DNA of 55,503 bases, the filler included, from Platydemus manokwari (taxonomy: Eukaryota), in the NCBI GenBank assembly GCA_037951405.1. It is 5 parts of 5 records of this genome, joined end to end, with 100 filler letters (N's around TTAATTAATTAA, not from the genome) between each part and the next. Parts side by side here need not be neighbours in the genome. Positions count along the whole stretch, not along the records: positions 19,477 to 28,941 come from JBBMOY011245763.1; positions 29,042 to 38,137 come from JBBMOY011300094.1; positions 38,238 to 55,503 come from JBBMOY011109219.1; 2 more parts are not named here. One strand, given 5' to 3'. Positions 27,775 through 40,720 of the stretch are shown here, piece by piece. Numbering within the stretch: position 1 is the first letter of the stretch; each line of letters opens with the position of its first letter. Under the pieces are notes generated by a model. The model had not been told where the DNA came from. It did no database searches and saw only the letters and a program-made list of their open reading frames with translations. Made by a program: the position numbers and the translations under genes.

Positions 27775-28653
27775 CTAGCGAGTCACACAAGAAGGTGGCA
27801 TGTAACTCGCATCACTATAGCAATCCAACACAACTCGCCCATCGGCGAACAACGACAATTTTGTGATGCTTGCGTGATCTAGGCTAAATCGAAGCCACCC
27901 TTCCGTTGGAAATTGTAGAGCCCGACACACAAAATAACGAATCACGTTTGCATGACACACGACGAGGGTATATTTGTCAGTTTTATGATTATTTTCACAC
28001 TCTGATTGCGTTGATTCTGACTGAGGAATGGGTCGGTGGATAAATTTCCTGAATGCTGTCTCGATTCTGGCCGAATGGACAAACAAAGATCGGGAGTAAA
28101 CCTTGTAACCTGAATGAAATATTGAAAGTCATTAATGATAAATGACAATTCTAAAATCAAATATTCGAAGTAAAAACCAACTTTTGGTTATTGGTTCTGG
28201 TTGACATGGTGGACCTTCTTCCAACAATTGATCAGTTTGAATGGTATATTCACCAAGTTCAGACAATATTAAATCAGTCGTTTCTAATGCTCGCACCATA
28301 GTAGACGTGATGACATTATCAAATCTGATAATCATTTTTATACAATTATTTAATTATTAAATTAAGAACTTTATGTTTAGCTGTTTTAATTTTTGCCCAG
28401 TTAATATGGCCTGCTGTTTGCCTAGATCCGTCAGAGACCTTTGAGAAATTTCTTTTGAATGAATATATTGACCATGACGAATTAATAAAATATGATGGCA
28501 GTGATCATCATATGTATTAACATTTGATCCATTATTATTATTAACATTATTCATATAATCCCAATTAAAATCCCATGGTATGACTTCACTAGTGAGAGCA
28601 GTAGTTGTAAGCAGAGCAGAACATCCTAACAAACCTTTAAGCCAGAACTTCAT
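27775..28653 (-). CDS. PGAM5: Mitochondrial Ser/Thr protein phosphatase PGAM5 (253 aa)
   Basis: Exons 28653-28370, 28324-28182, 28109-27775 (762 nt, in frame; introns 45 and 72 bp). N-terminal hydrophobic anchor, WDFNWD (WDxNWD) motif, LIRHGQY catalytic His, STMVRALET, ARIETAF, VCHANVIRYFVCRALQFP.EGWLR. Confidence 0.95.
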
Positions 28654-28941
28654 CTTATCATATTTAACATCAATTTTAAGAATACAAAATAAATCGCAAA
28701 TTTGTATTTGATGCAATAAATATTAGTATTAAAACAATTGTTTAAATCATTTTAATTTTACATACGAAATTATCATCCCTCTTATTTATACTTTATTATT
28801 TAGCATTGTTTCTTATTTATTTATTAATAGGAGTATTAACAGTTAATTTTATTATGGAATTTTACCATTTATTATAAATTAAAGATTGAGTTGCTATGAT
28901 CTCCGATTATTTATTTTCATCCTCTTATTTTTGTTTATCCC

Positions 28942-29041
28942 NNNNNNNNNNNNNNNNNNNNNNNNNNNNNNNNNNNNNNNNNNNNTTAATTAATTAANNN
29001 NNNNNNNNNNNNNNNNNNNNNNNNNNNNNNNNNNNNNNNNN
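28942..29041. other. Artificial contig linker
   Basis: 44 N + TTAATTAATTAA (28986-28997) + 44 N. Confidence 0.95.
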
Positions 29042-29430
29042 TTAAAATCCTCACAATTAGATGAGTATGTCAGAAGCAAGTTATTAAATGTATGAATTTG
29101 AATTATTAAAATTAATATTTTTGGAGTTCAAAAATGTTTATTTATTTTGTTTAAATTAATGTGAAGTTATTTGATAAATGTTTCTAACATATTAGTTAAG
29201 TAAATTAACAAAATTTAACGGAAATTGACAAAGAATATTTTAATTAAATAATTTTTTTCAATATAAAAGTTTATCTATTAAATTTATGAACAAGCATTTG
29301 ATTGAAGTGATTTACTAATGAATAAATCACAGTCAGATTATCAGAATTTTCAAGTAAAAACCATAGCTGCAACTTCATCGTGGCTCAAAACCTATTAGAA
29401 ATTGATATCAGAAAAAGTATATACAATTAA

Positions 29431-29501
29431 CACGTTGACGGACACTTGGGTCTATAACCGTCAATTTCGAACTTCATTTGTTCTTACTGCCCGTCAATGT
29501 G
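29431..29501. mobile_element. 71-bp piggyBac-type mini element
   Basis: TTAA|CACGTTGACGG ... CCGTCAATGTG|TTAA: 11-bp TIR with one mismatch and TTAA on both sides. Confidence 0.7.
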
Positions 29502-31399
29502 TTAATTGAATTTGTAACCAATGGTAATTGATTATAAAAGTTTCATTCATACTCTCTAGATTTAAAATTGGAACAAAATATTGAATATATTGATAACTTA
29601 CAAAACAATGTCAGAATTCAATCCATTGAGAAGGCTCATTCAAAGCTAACTCGCAATCATCTCAATTCGATTTTTCAATTAGTTAACCACTTTTCATTGG
29701 AAATATTAAATTCGAAATTTCTTCAAACCTACATTCAGCTCAATCGCTATTCTAATCAATTTTCGACAATATTGTAATTATTTTTCCATATTAGTCAAGA
29801 TTCGCAGGTCACTCAGACGAATGACTTCATTCATCCGTAACCAAGATCAAGGGCACAATATTTACTAAATATTTGTTAATGTAGGGCTAATAACGGTATC
29901 TAATTTGTTTAGCAATATATCACGGTGTCTTATTTATTTTGTTTAATTTATTTATTCTTTACTAATTTTTATTTGATGTTTTATATTCATAAACTTATAT
30001 TCATTATATCTTTTATAATTGTAAAAATGTTTACTGAGTTTAGGAAAAAAGATTTAATCAGCGAATAAGTTTAAAAAAACCTATTAGTTAGATTTGAGAA
30101 AAAATCCATAATTACGGATTAAAGAAATCCGCTAAAAATTGTAAAATCTAGATAATTAAGCAGCAAAGAGCCCGAAAGAAGCTATTTAACCAAAAACTTG
30201 CGAAACAAATATTACCATACTTCTTACTTAGAATTAGAAAACAAAAAATCCTACAGCCATTTATAAGTTAATAAGTAGCCTGTCACAAAATTTCTTTTAC
30301 AATTGACTTCTATCGTTGGTACTGTAATTTTAATATCCGTCTAACAAACTTGGATTTCATAATCAAGCTTGCTTTGGAATTATATTCATGCATATATTAA
30401 TCTTCGAATTAATCAATTGAAATAGTGAGTTGTTGAATTTTTCTGATCAATTTCAATATTTATAAGATGAACAATAATTAATCAACAATTATTTATAATG
30501 TTAGTATTCTGAAAATTAAAGTATCATAAATTATCCTGCATTTTCCCGTATTCTTTGTGTATAGAACAGTTACAAAATCCCGCCATTGATATTAATATTT
30601 TTCTCTCTGTATTTCCACTTCGTGTTTTTTGAAATAAAATTTTTATTTATCATCAAGTGCGTTTTTTATTTGATTTGGTGGTACACATTTGCCAAAGTCC
30701 GAATCAATCTCAACTGGTTTATTTTGTTACATCAATTCAATTATATCATTGAAGTCAACTAATATTCACATAACACTGCGGCACACATCTGTTTTCTTCA
30801 GTTTAATATAATTAACTAAACAAATTAATTATTGAAGCCCAATTATTTTGACAATTCTTTTAAATTACCACAGTGTACCTTTTATGTCTTATTATCATTC
30901 TTGGTCACAATTATTATTTGAAGCCATACATTTTAAGAACTTTTTATTTTTTTCAAAACTGCTCCAAAGATAATTTTTTTTAACAAATATTGCTTGCTAT
31001 ACAATAATGGCATTAAAACATTTCGTTATTATTTTTCTCTTCTTGATAAGTCAAAAAAAATTATCTTAATTTTCAATAATATTCTCGAAAAACTTTGAAA
31101 CAAGATCTTGAAACGAAAAAGTAATTAAATTAATACAAATCGTAATAACTAATAAAAAAAATATAAATCAACTTCACATTAGAATAATTACATTTTTAAA
31201 AAGTTGATGTTCTCAAGATCAATCAATTTGTTTTCGTTTGTTTTAAAGATTGGCAAGCAGTCATATAGTGTCATGTTATAGTAAGTTTATCTACGACAAA
31301 AATAATTTCTCTTTAATTTCGGTAACTTAAATTATCGCTGAACTCTAGAGATCAATTGAATGTATTCAGTAGAATACTATTTAATGATGTGTTTCATTG

Positions 31400-31830
31400 G
31401 ATAACATGATTTCTCTATTATTGAATTTAATTAACGAAGCACTAAATTGAAAAGCATATTGTAAGGAGTCTAATAAAAAATAGGAAATGTAAAAATAAAT
31501 AAGAATGGAATTCGGGAAAAAACGAAGAAAAAACGTCCTAAATTTAACGAGGTTTTTATTTATAAATACCATTGAATCGCTGAAAACATGATCAAGAAGA
31601 CAATGATGCAAGTAGAATACTGGTTAAATGATTTAAGTCGAATTAAGACTTGTAATTCAGGATGAAGTCTTGATCGAGATAATTAAAATGAAATATAAGA
31701 TTTCTGCCATGGCGAGTATGTGAAAGAACTTGATCATATTTGGCAATGTCAAGTCAAACGAACCCGGAAAATCAAAAATAACCAAAAATTAATGAAAGCA
31801 AAAGAACCAGCAATAGATATCACCATTTAG
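31400..31830 (-). pseudogene. Possible degraded multi-pass membrane (GPCR-like) pseudogene
   Basis: Successive hydrophobic blocks broken by stops and frameshifts: MVISIAGSFAFINFWLFLIFR, FFHILAMAEILYFILIISI, TCIIVFLIMFSAIQWYL, IPFLFIFTFPIF. AT-rich DNA can mimic this. Confidence 0.25.
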
Positions 31831-31999
31831 AAGAATAATACAAAACTGTGGTGTTGTTATTTTCGCTATAACTAGTCGAAAAAACAATATACTCAACAAA
31901 AGTATGTGTTATTGTTTCAGCTTTTTGACTCTTTGTTGAAATGCTTCCAGTCATTTTGTTAAATAGTCGCAAAATATTAAAATATATTTGCTATCATTT

Positions 32000-34450
32000 A
32001 TGGTTTCTGGGAAAAGTCAGAAAATGTCCACTGCTATGATTACCATCGGTGTAAGGAGATCCGGCATTGAAACTAAGGGCATTTTTTAACGATATCCTAT
32101 ATTTCATCTAGTGATACATATTTAGCATGACTTGCATCTTTGTATCTTGTTAAATCGTTCTTCAATAATATTTGATATTCAAGCTTGATAACGTCTTTCT
32201 TGATGGAAGATGTCCACAAGAACTACATCGCAATATTGCACAAGACAAGTAAATTTAAGTGTCTTGGGTGTTAACAAAGGTACTTTTATTTTGTCATAAT
32301 ATTTTTACCGTATTGTGTTGAATGAAAAGTCCTCATTGTTTCAATTACTTTGGATTTATTTTGCATTCTTTCCTGCTTAATTGTGTCTTAATCCAATTCA
32401 TCTAATCGTTATTGTCATAGTCTTCATTCAGCTCAGTTTTAACTGAAAGATTTTTTATGAGTCTGTAAATTTCATTAAAAAAATCTAGACTTCAGGAATT
32501 TCTTCTGTAATGTCAGCATTTGCATTTGATTTACATAAAGTGCATATAATATTCACATCCTATTGCTGTAATGGCATTATCCGTTTTATAAATCTACTTG
32601 CTCTGTTTCCAACTAGAATGCTAGTAAAATGCTCAATGTATGAATATATTTTTAAACTTTCTGTCATAGTTCACTAATCCTAGAAATAATTGGATAGAAC
32701 TGGAAAATTTTGAATTTTTATCCACTTTACAGGGTTAGACTGGGGCCCTTTTTGGAAATCGCGGATCACCCTCTCACATTTTGAGACTTGTCGACTTCAA
32801 TAATTTGCATATTGTTCGATATCATTAATATGATTATTGTAATTCGTAGAAAAGACAATAGTATCATCAACATATATCATTGCGTGAACCACGTCCATTA
32901 ATATGAAATCTATACCTCTTTGTGATTGTGTAAATTCAAAATGCAAAAAGTAAATTAAATTCTTACAAATACTGGTCACCCACACACTTTCCATTTAGCC
33001 AATTCCTTGATACCTTTTATTCAAATCATCTGTAGAGAATATTTCCGAAATTTCAATTTTGTAAAAAATTGCGGCTGGAAGAGGTAGAATATGTATGGTA
33101 AGATACATGTATTTCCTTGTTATATTTAAGAACATTTGTTACATTTCCTAATTTTCCTAGAACGTCCATTTGGATTAGACAATCAAACTGATCCCCATTT
33201 ATATTCTGCTCATTTATATGGTTTCTATCTACAGTAGCTACCAATTGTAGCCGCAATTTTTATTCTCTTAGTTCGTCTTCCTACAAAATCCGAATAATCA
33301 ATCAATTTACTATGTCTATCACGACTGATAATTCCTACTCCAATTTTCTTTATCTTCTGGTAATGTTGTATTTATTCTATTTTCAAAATCCTGAAAATTA
33401 ACTTTTTATTAATTATGATCTTAAAAAATCTCTAGAATTACCAAAAGAATATTGCTTTACTTCATCTAACGTCTCTAACAGAGGAGATTTTGAAATACCT
33501 TTTGATATCCAATTTTGTGCAATGTTGAAGATGTTTGTGTGTTTCTAGTTAGCGACGAAACTGAATGAGGATTCTCATTTATGTTCATTTTAAAGTTTTC
33601 TGTTTCTTTCCGAAAATTTGTGAGCTGTCTGTTCGTTGAAGTACAGCACATTTCGACTTTCATCACTGTTTTAGTGAGTTCGTCATAATTTGTGAAACAA
33701 TACACATTTTAAAATTGGTCTTCGACGACATTTCTTGCAATATGCATCAAAACCAAAATCTTTTTCGTAAATTTTCCGACAGTTTTGCTCGAATTTTGCG
33801 TTCCTGAGAAATAATTTGTCGTATAATTCTACCTTTGATTTTACTGATAAATTTTTCAGAAAGGGAATCTTGAATTGTCATCCATTCTACGGTATTTCGA
33901 CCATCAATCTGTTTATATACATCTATAACTGCTTCTTATTAGTAGAAGGGTAATCATTGCCTAATTATTTGTTCTTCAAATCCGTAAGCAGAAACATGAA
34001 GTAATTAGTCATGAAATCAACAAATTCGATAGGATCAGCGCCGTTTAACTGGCAATTTCTGATAACTTGTGAAATCGCCGGGAGCTCCTTTTCCAACCAC
34101 TTGAATAGGGACCTGTTGTACTGGAAAAGAGTTTGTTCTTATTCAAATTTCCCTGTTTTTCGTTCATCATGGAATCTGTTTCCTTTATGTTCTAAAGTCG
34201 AGTTCCAGGATTATTCTAGGTTATAAACACAGATCGCAATTGTACATTTTAAAACAAGTTTTCAATGTTTTGCACTAAAAATCACTCGAAAATCGCTGTG
34301 AAACAAGGTCAAGGCGAGATTAGTATCCTGTTGTAACAAAAACAATGACAGAAGTAGCCGGCAGTTGCAATCTAGATGCAACTCCTTCCATGAACCTGTC
34401 TAGTGTTCACCTACTGTAATGCAGCTTTGCTTTTTATTAGTTAGGATAGT
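32000..34450 (-). mobile_element. Ty3/Gypsy relic (gag-RT-RNase H), degraded
   Basis: RT motif AMIYVDDTIVFS...H (ORF 32797-32994), RNase H-end motifs IMPLQQ*DVNII and KSNANAD (~32510-32580), gag-like segment at ~33700-34200, possible LTR end (AATAAA...ATTACA) near 34415. Confidence 0.75.
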
Positions 34451-34910
34451 TTAGAACAAGACTACCATATTTAAAGATTGTTTTCTATTCTCAATGCAAG
34501 TGGCTTGCCAATTAACGATCAAAATTTATTCATGAGTTAATGTCAGTCCTCTGAGGATTATCTTTGTAGTATCCATAGACATTTTGATCAATATTTTCAC
34601 ATACTTCACAGTTGATTAATCATGCACTGAGATGAAACTAAGTCTATATGGCTAAATTTTGTATTCCTTTTCTTCAAAAATGAGAAGTAGTCTAAATTCT
34701 AAATTTTGTGGACTATGACTCCTATCAAATTGTGAAATTTTAATCCAAAAATGTTTAACCATTTTTGTAACGTCTTTAAAAATATTTTCTTTCATAGTGG
34801 TATTTTTCAGACTGTCGGACATTACGAACACCTTGGTAAGGTCAAATATGTTGCTGATATCGCGAAAATATACATACTCCATCAATATTTTCTTCTGCTG
34901 CACCCGATAC

Positions 34911-35328
34911 TGTTGGGTATTTATTAATAATAAACAACTGACTCCAATACAAGGTGTATTAATCAATACACTAACTACAATGTCTTAACCCAAACTTAGC
35001 TTTCGACTGGGAGTTATCCATCTTTACATCGATTTTTATACTCACGATCTGTGTGTATTTTTTGTGTCATGTTGTATCACATTTTGATTTGATGTTTGTT
35101 TTTCTGTGTTCTTAATGGGTTATTAAGTTTTTACATGGTTGGGATCAGAAAATCCCTATGTGTGTGCTTTTTATAGTTATGGCTCTTTTTTTAAATTGTA
35201 ACTCACCATCTAACTTCACTGTGATTGGCTGATTGGCTGTGTCGGCATGCAAATGTTCAAAGTGCCGAAACAAGGGTTCCAAGGTGCAATTTTGTTTTTC
35301 ATTAAGCGGAATTTCATCTCACTCAACA
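34911..35328 (-). mobile_element. Solo LTR, 418 bp (same family as 17523-17986)
   Basis: TGTTG...CAACA termini, flanks ATAC/ATAT (3 of 4 match), shared internal blocks such as GGCATGCAAATG.T.AAAGTGC.GAAACAA.GGTTC and TCACATTTTGATTTT. Confidence 0.75.
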
Positions 35329-36139
35329 ATATTCACAACAGTAGTTAAGCATTCTTAGACGAATTCCTTGTCCTGAAACAGTTTTGAAACTAGGGTAAAA
35401 ATTTCACTTACATTGATATCCTTTATAATTCATTACTTTTTTCAAGTTAATTATTATTAACCCTTAAAAACAAAATCGCGAATCATTTACTACTAATAAT
35501 TTGATAGCCAGTATAAAATCATTAATAATTTTCATAAATTCATAATAACTCGGGCATTAACGGTACAATTCATTGTTTCTACTAAAAATTTCTGAATCGC
35601 AAAATAAATCGACTTTCCATAAATTATTAATAATGAAAAAACAGAATTCATTTTAAAATTCTGTTGAAAGTCGCACAAATATAAAATCCAAATCTCATCA
35701 ATCTGATTCTAACAATACCAAATCAAAACAAGCGCAAAATATTCAACATAATCCCAATCTTGCAATCAATCAATCCTAATTAATCCGAATTAATCCCATT
35801 TCAAATTCGACCAATCCAAAGCTGATTCAATTGATGACCAAGCCGTTTGAACCTTAAACTAAGTTTTTACATTTAATTGATCTTCGTACTTTTAAATTCA
35901 TTTCTTTGAAATTTGAAAAACTTTGTTTTGCTTCAGCTTGATGAGATTATTCGTAACAATAATATGGAGTAATAATATTTTATAATTCTCTTTGCTTGAT
36001 AATGATTTTAAATAATTATCTCTTCGTATGATTATCGTTTTAAAAATCTTTAAAATTGTAAGTCGGAAAAACAAAGGAGAAGCGACAAATTTTAAATAAA
36101 TGATTAAAATGATATACAATATTTACAACCAAAGAGATC

Positions 36140-36295
36140 AAATAATAACAATATTAATAATAATAATGGTAATAATAATAAAATAGAATTCTAAAATCAA
36201 AGTATTAAAACAAACAATTATAGAAAACTGAATAATAATATAATAATAATATAATAATATTAATAATAATAATAATATTATTATTATTATAATAT
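36140..36295. repeat. Degenerate (AAT)n low-complexity tract
   Basis: Runs of AATAATAAT and TTATTATTA. Confidence 0.7.
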
Positions 36296-38137
36296 AGCGA
36301 TAAGTGAAGCTAAAATAATAAAATGATTATCAGAATTAAAAAGCGAACTAAAATAAAAGCGAGACATGAAAAATAGCAAATTAGAAAATTCTTACATGGT
36401 TTATGAACAAATAAAAATACTAACTAGACACTAAAATGGATAATACGACAAATTATTAAAGAATAAATAAAAGTTTAAAATGAGTAGAGACAAAACAAGC
36501 GATAGGCATCAGTAGAAAACAGTATATAACGAAAGAGCATTCCATAACATTCACTCAATAAAAAATTCTTAAGTTCGGATTTGAAGCAGAAGAGCTAGCT
36601 GAAGCCAGAAAAGATTTTTACAAACACTATTTGACGAAAGGAGGTTTTCTTGATAGCGATTAAATTTTATATTATAATTAATAGTATTATCGTTATGGCA
36701 ATTATTATTTAGCTATTAATTAACAGTCACTTCCATGTGGTTTTCCAATATCCATCGTGTGAGTATTTATTAACAATCTACTTATGTAGTGCGTTGAGCA
36801 TTTGACCAATTTTTCTGTTCTTTGACTCTTGTTTAACTTTTATTTTCCTAAATGATTTGTACCATTATTAATCGATCTATTATCATATTCAATATATATC
36901 TAAGCGCATAAACTGTTGTGAACATTTAGTACCAGTCAAACTTGTTGCAGCGGGACAAATAATCCTTTTGCAACAGTCAATAATTTATAAAGCTTCAACC
37001 TTTAGATATTTCAGTAATTTTCCAGTAACTGGTTTTGGAACCCGCTAGGATCAGTTATATCTAATAAAATTACATCAAAACCCAATCAATTAATAAAAAT
37101 ATTGAAACTGTGAAGAACCCGAAATTATTTTTTAATTACAAAATTGTGATTGAAATGTCAAATATATTGATTGAAATACTAATGACTGTTTTGATCATTG
37201 TTGAGAACCTTAACATTTTTTATAAACATCTGGGATTTTAAAAACCCGGTGTAACTTTTACTGGTAAAGTTTAAACACAGATTATACAAAAATTATCGAA
37301 AACATTGATAAAAATAAAATAATATTTTTATTGACTGCCTTAAGAGCAAATGATGCTCGTGAGCTTGAGTCATTGTTCGGGGTAGAAAAATAAGACCGTC
37401 ATCCACAAATGGTCATCCAAAGTTGGTCTCTCCTTCTATGCTATATAGAGTTTATTTTAGAAAACCGATATATTTATAAGCATACACCACAATTGGAAAA
37501 TGTGAAGTATTCGAAGCACATCTTATTAATTTGAAACTTTAAAAACCTGTATATAATAAATAAAATATATAATAAATAATTTTTGCAATTTTATTAATTA
37601 TTTTTATTTATTTTTCATTTACAAAACTCTCTAATGTGATAGGAAAATTAAAGTTACGCAACTCAAGTCACTAACAATGCTAACAATAAGAAAAGTGAAA
37701 CATTTTAATGACAAATTAATTGCTCTCAATATTTTCATGTCACTTTTATTTAAATGACAACTTATAGTTTTCAAAATTATAACTGGTAATCTGATATCCG
37801 TTTGATTTGATCATTATTCAAGGTTTGTGTTGAATTATCGTGATATTTCGAACATATAATTCATTAGAATCAGTTTAAAGTTTCCTTTTCTTTTGGACTT
37901 TAAAAATCAGAGATATTGAAATTAATTTTCGAAAATCTATATAAAACGTCGAAATAATAAAACTTTTAGCAATTGGATATTTTACTTAATATTATGAACA
38001 TTTTAAGTTTATTAAATATATAAGGCTAATTCTAAACATGAAATAAAAAATATTATTTTAAATAAAATATCAAATCAGAATACAAAAATAGAAATTCAAT
38101 AATTAGTATTAGGATTTAAAAATTTAAATTTAAAAGA

Positions 38138-38237
38138 NNNNNNNNNNNNNNNNNNNNNNNNNNNNNNNNNNNNNNNNNNNNTTAATTAATTAANNNNNNN
38201 NNNNNNNNNNNNNNNNNNNNNNNNNNNNNNNNNNNNN
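38138..38237. other. Artificial contig linker
   Basis: 44 N + TTAATTAATTAA (38182-38193) + 44 N. Confidence 0.95.
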
Positions 38238-38489
38238 AAACCCAATTATACTGTGACTATTCATACGATCGTAGTTGGGTCTTTGGGCTCGGTTCCGACG
38301 AAGACACTTTCGGTCCTTAAGCTCATTGGAATCAAAGATATGAAAGCCAAAACCTTGGCAAAATTACTCTCAACATCGAATATCCGACACTCTGCTCGGA
38401 TCTGGCACCACCACACTAATGGGGTGCTTATTAACGTAAATGATGAGTCAGGCCTACAATTTAGAGGGGATTCTCAACTTTGCAAATAA
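38238..38489 (+). mobile_element. C-terminus of an R2/NeSL-type (RLE) non-LTR retrotransposon ORF
   Basis: TIHTIVVGSLGSVP...LKLIGI...KTLAKLLSTSNIRHSARIWHHH matches the post-endonuclease tail (IVGSLG...S..IW) of RLE-clade elements. The upstream part is lost at the contig edge. Confidence 0.75.
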
Positions 38490-39975
38490 TTCCTTCGTAA
38501 AATTCCCTTCGAATAAAATAATGAAGAATAATCAATCAGCCAATGAAAATAATACCCTTAAAACCCCAACCAATAGGAAAATCATCAATAAATTAACATC
38601 CAATCAAAATCAAGTATATAAGAACTATAAAAGCGCTCCTAGAGCCCCTAAAAATCATAATTTTAAAGCGCAAACTGTACAATTAACAAGTAATAGAGTA
38701 AAGTACCCCTTTAATGATTCAATTTTAACCCTTTTTGATTTAGCAATGATGAAACCAACCACTTCTATTATTCGATATTTCCTAAGAATGTTTTATTCGT
38801 TTTTTAATGTTAATAACTTTATATTCCCAAGAAATGGAACCGTCAACAACAATTATTCAGTTCTTTCCCGCCGATTTTATACAGGAATCAAGTCAGAAAA
38901 GAGAAGAACGAATCTTCGAAAGAACAAATGAATTGCCTAACAAATTAAAAACAGCTTCTCAACAATTAAGAACAACAGTAGTCGTGCATTGCTTGGAGCA
39001 AACCAGTTTTCAACTGGGAGATATTACCCCAAATCTAAATTTCATTCCAAACATGATCAATATTCATTGCGCCCAGTCCGATATTATGATTAAATACGTG
39101 AACAAGCTGATTGAGTTGGAGACGTTCTCATCAGCATCTATCTACCTTAACCCGTTAAGAAACTCACATGCCTAATTTCGAATTCAATTATGGTGGAATA
39201 CATAAAACCAGAACCGGAAGAATTTGTGGAATTCAGAATATCGAAACCGTTCGTCACCAATAGTCCAATTCAATTACCATTAAGCGAGCCGAAAAATAGA
39301 ATGTCATTTTTAAGAAAACCGGATGACATTAATAGATATGAATAAAGGTTTTTTTAAAATTTTTAGGTGTAAAATATGCCATCGATTATAATGGAAAAGA
39401 GTATCCGATCTGGATCAGTATAAGGGATTATAGGAGGCGAATAATCCTAGAACAAACTTGCTGCCCGAGGAAGGAAATAAAGCATTATTGTGTCAACAAA
39501 AATGGATTCGGAGAATATATGATCAGAGGAGCAGGAAAGTGATCGAAATTCTGAGAGGGAAGATCATTGTCGGTTATGATCTCAAAAAGAAAATGAGGAC
39601 ACTATCGATATCCACCGAGGAGAGAATGGGAGCAAGAGACATAAAAGGAGCAAAAATAATCAAGAAAATTATGAAAGAAAGAAATGTTTTCCAGAGCGAT
39701 AAGCTAAAGGACATATATGCGTTAATCACTAACAAAAAATGCCACAATTTGGAGAAATGGATGACGAAATTCAAGCAACGATCAGCATATATAATGAAGT
39801 TATTGACCAATGGACAGATGACATCGAAGACAAAAGACATCAGGAAAAAGTGACAGCATAAGGCGAAAAAATGCAAAGAGATGCTGTCAATATATTTGAG
39901 TGGGCACAAGAGAACTACCCCACAAAAGGAACAATTATCAGAACAAAAGAGAAAATTGCGAGTAACGTGATAAAA

Positions 39976-40720
39976 TAAATAAACACGTGGTGTTTGATTA
40001 AATAATTGATTGGTGCTTTATTGTAGTTTTTCAAAGTAATTCACATCGATTTTCACTTGTCTCAACATTTTCTACGGTTTAATTTATGATTAATAAACTA
40101 TTTAATGTAATAGTCAGTAATCAAATAACAATGCTACTAAAGGTTAATCAATTCGTGTGCAACAAAGATTATAAATAAAGTAGAATATATGTATAAGATT
40201 TTAAAAATATATTCACCTTTGAAACGTTATATAATCATATCGAAATCGTATATATTATTTAAAACCTCTGTGAGGAAAATTTAAGTTAACTTATAATAAT
40301 TTTAGAAAAAAAATTAATAAAAATATTCCCGTTACAATATTAATAATTTTATAATGAGTTTCAAAATGAAAAATAAAATTATTAAAATTAATTTAAATTA
40401 ATTATTAAGTAATTTAAATATTTTTATCTAAATTTGATTAAGATTGATATTAAAAAGGTCTCTAGATAAAGAATTTAAATATGTTTATAATTATTTGTAT
40501 AAAATAAAATTTAAAAAATCGTAATGACTTCTTTTGTTGAAAACTCAAATTTAAGCGAAGTAGCTACTACTGACAACGTCAACTCATTTCTGAATTTAAG
40601 ACAGGCATACATATTTACATTAAATACGGCATTATTAACTTGAATTATAAAACACAACATTAAATAAACACGTGGTGTTTGATTAAATAATTGATTGGTG
40701 CTTTATTGTAGTTTTTCAAA
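39976..40720. repeat. 60-bp perfect direct repeat pair (39976-40035 and 40661-40720)
   Basis: TAAATAAACACGTGGTGTTTGATTAAATAATTGATTGGTGCTTTATTGTAGTTTTTCAAA occurs twice, separated by 625 bp. Confidence 0.9.

Noticed and set aside
35457-35565. TTAACCCTTAA start suggesting a piggyBac MITE
   Set aside because: The right end (TTAACGGTAC) is too degenerate and lacks the TTAA duplication.
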